This document shows, piece by piece, positions 63,846 through 64,000 of a DNA stretch of 64,000 nt. The notes under the pieces were generated by a model. The model was not told where the DNA came from and made no database searches. It was given only the letters and a program-made list of their open reading frames with translations. The DNA comes from Caldisphaera sp. GTDB taxonomy: Archaea; Thermoproteota; Thermoprotei_A; Sulfolobales; Acidilobaceae. The stretch spans positions 1-64,000 of the forward strand of contig JBMFKU010000003.1 of assembly GCA_049971805.1 (NCBI GenBank), written 5' to 3'. The translations under genes and the position numbers were made by a program. How positions within the stretch are numbered: position 1 is the stretch's first letter; each line of letters starts with the position of its first letter.

Positions 63846-64000
63846 ATGTACGATGAAGGTGTTGTAATAAGGAAGCCTAATAAAAATGATATTAGTGCTT
63901 TGGCAGAATTGATATATAGGTTTTATGCATTTAATGAGGAATTTGATTCATCATGGGCTATAAAACCAAATGCAAAAGATATTGCTATGAGTTTAGCAGA
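63846..64000 (+). CDS. Probable GNAT-family acetyltransferase, 5' part (runs off the window)
   Basis: MYDEGVVIRKPNKNDISALAELIYRFYAFNEEFD has a GNAT-like IR.....D..AL..L start; AGGTG SD. Confidence 0.6.
   Translation, partial: MYDEGVVIRKPNKNDISALAELIYRFYAFNEEFDSSWAIKPNAKDIAMSLA

Noticed and set aside
1-64000. CRISPR array, rRNA, integrase or provirus
   Set aside because: No regularly spaced 24-37-bp repeats, no extended GC-rich rRNA-like segment and no tyrosine-integrase motifs were seen.

Overview
AT-rich (roughly 30% GC by eye) crenarchaeal chromosome segment. The gene set (GAPN, Agl3, XPB-Bax1, IDI-2/GGPPS/GluRS, MptA, TIP49, AOR, UPF0147), frequent TTG/GTG starts and GGTGA/GGGG Shine-Dalgarno motifs point to a thermoacidophilic Acidilobales/Caldisphaera-like organism (inference, not a database match). 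Most of the window is housekeeping and carbohydrate metabolism: Leloir galT-galK-galM plus a GlcV-like ATPase, maltokinase, GH15, GH77, lysS, gltX, pheST, acyl-CoA ligases, malic enzyme and one tRNA-Arg(CCG). Accessory signals are: (1) an internally deleted IS607 (tnpA'::'tnpB) at the left edge; (2) three copies of an IS200/IS605-like left end, one apparently forming a complete ~290-bp non-coding element that may retain a TnpB omegaRNA scaffold; (3) a ~210-bp direct repeat bracketing a 3.6-kb cassette with a doubled GT-C-like glycosyltransferase and an RCK K+ channel, next to a divergent GT2; (4) three genes whose essential N-termini have no ATG/GTG/TTG but have ACG/ACG/ATT 6 nt after an SD-like GTGA; (5) a sulfoquinovose synthase-GT4-MFS-MFS operon; (6) a lipoyl-less E2 acyltransferase beside a ubiquitin-like protein ending in GGF; (7) several pseudogenes. 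No CRISPR array or rRNA was seen. All calls come from reading motifs by eye; no searches were run.
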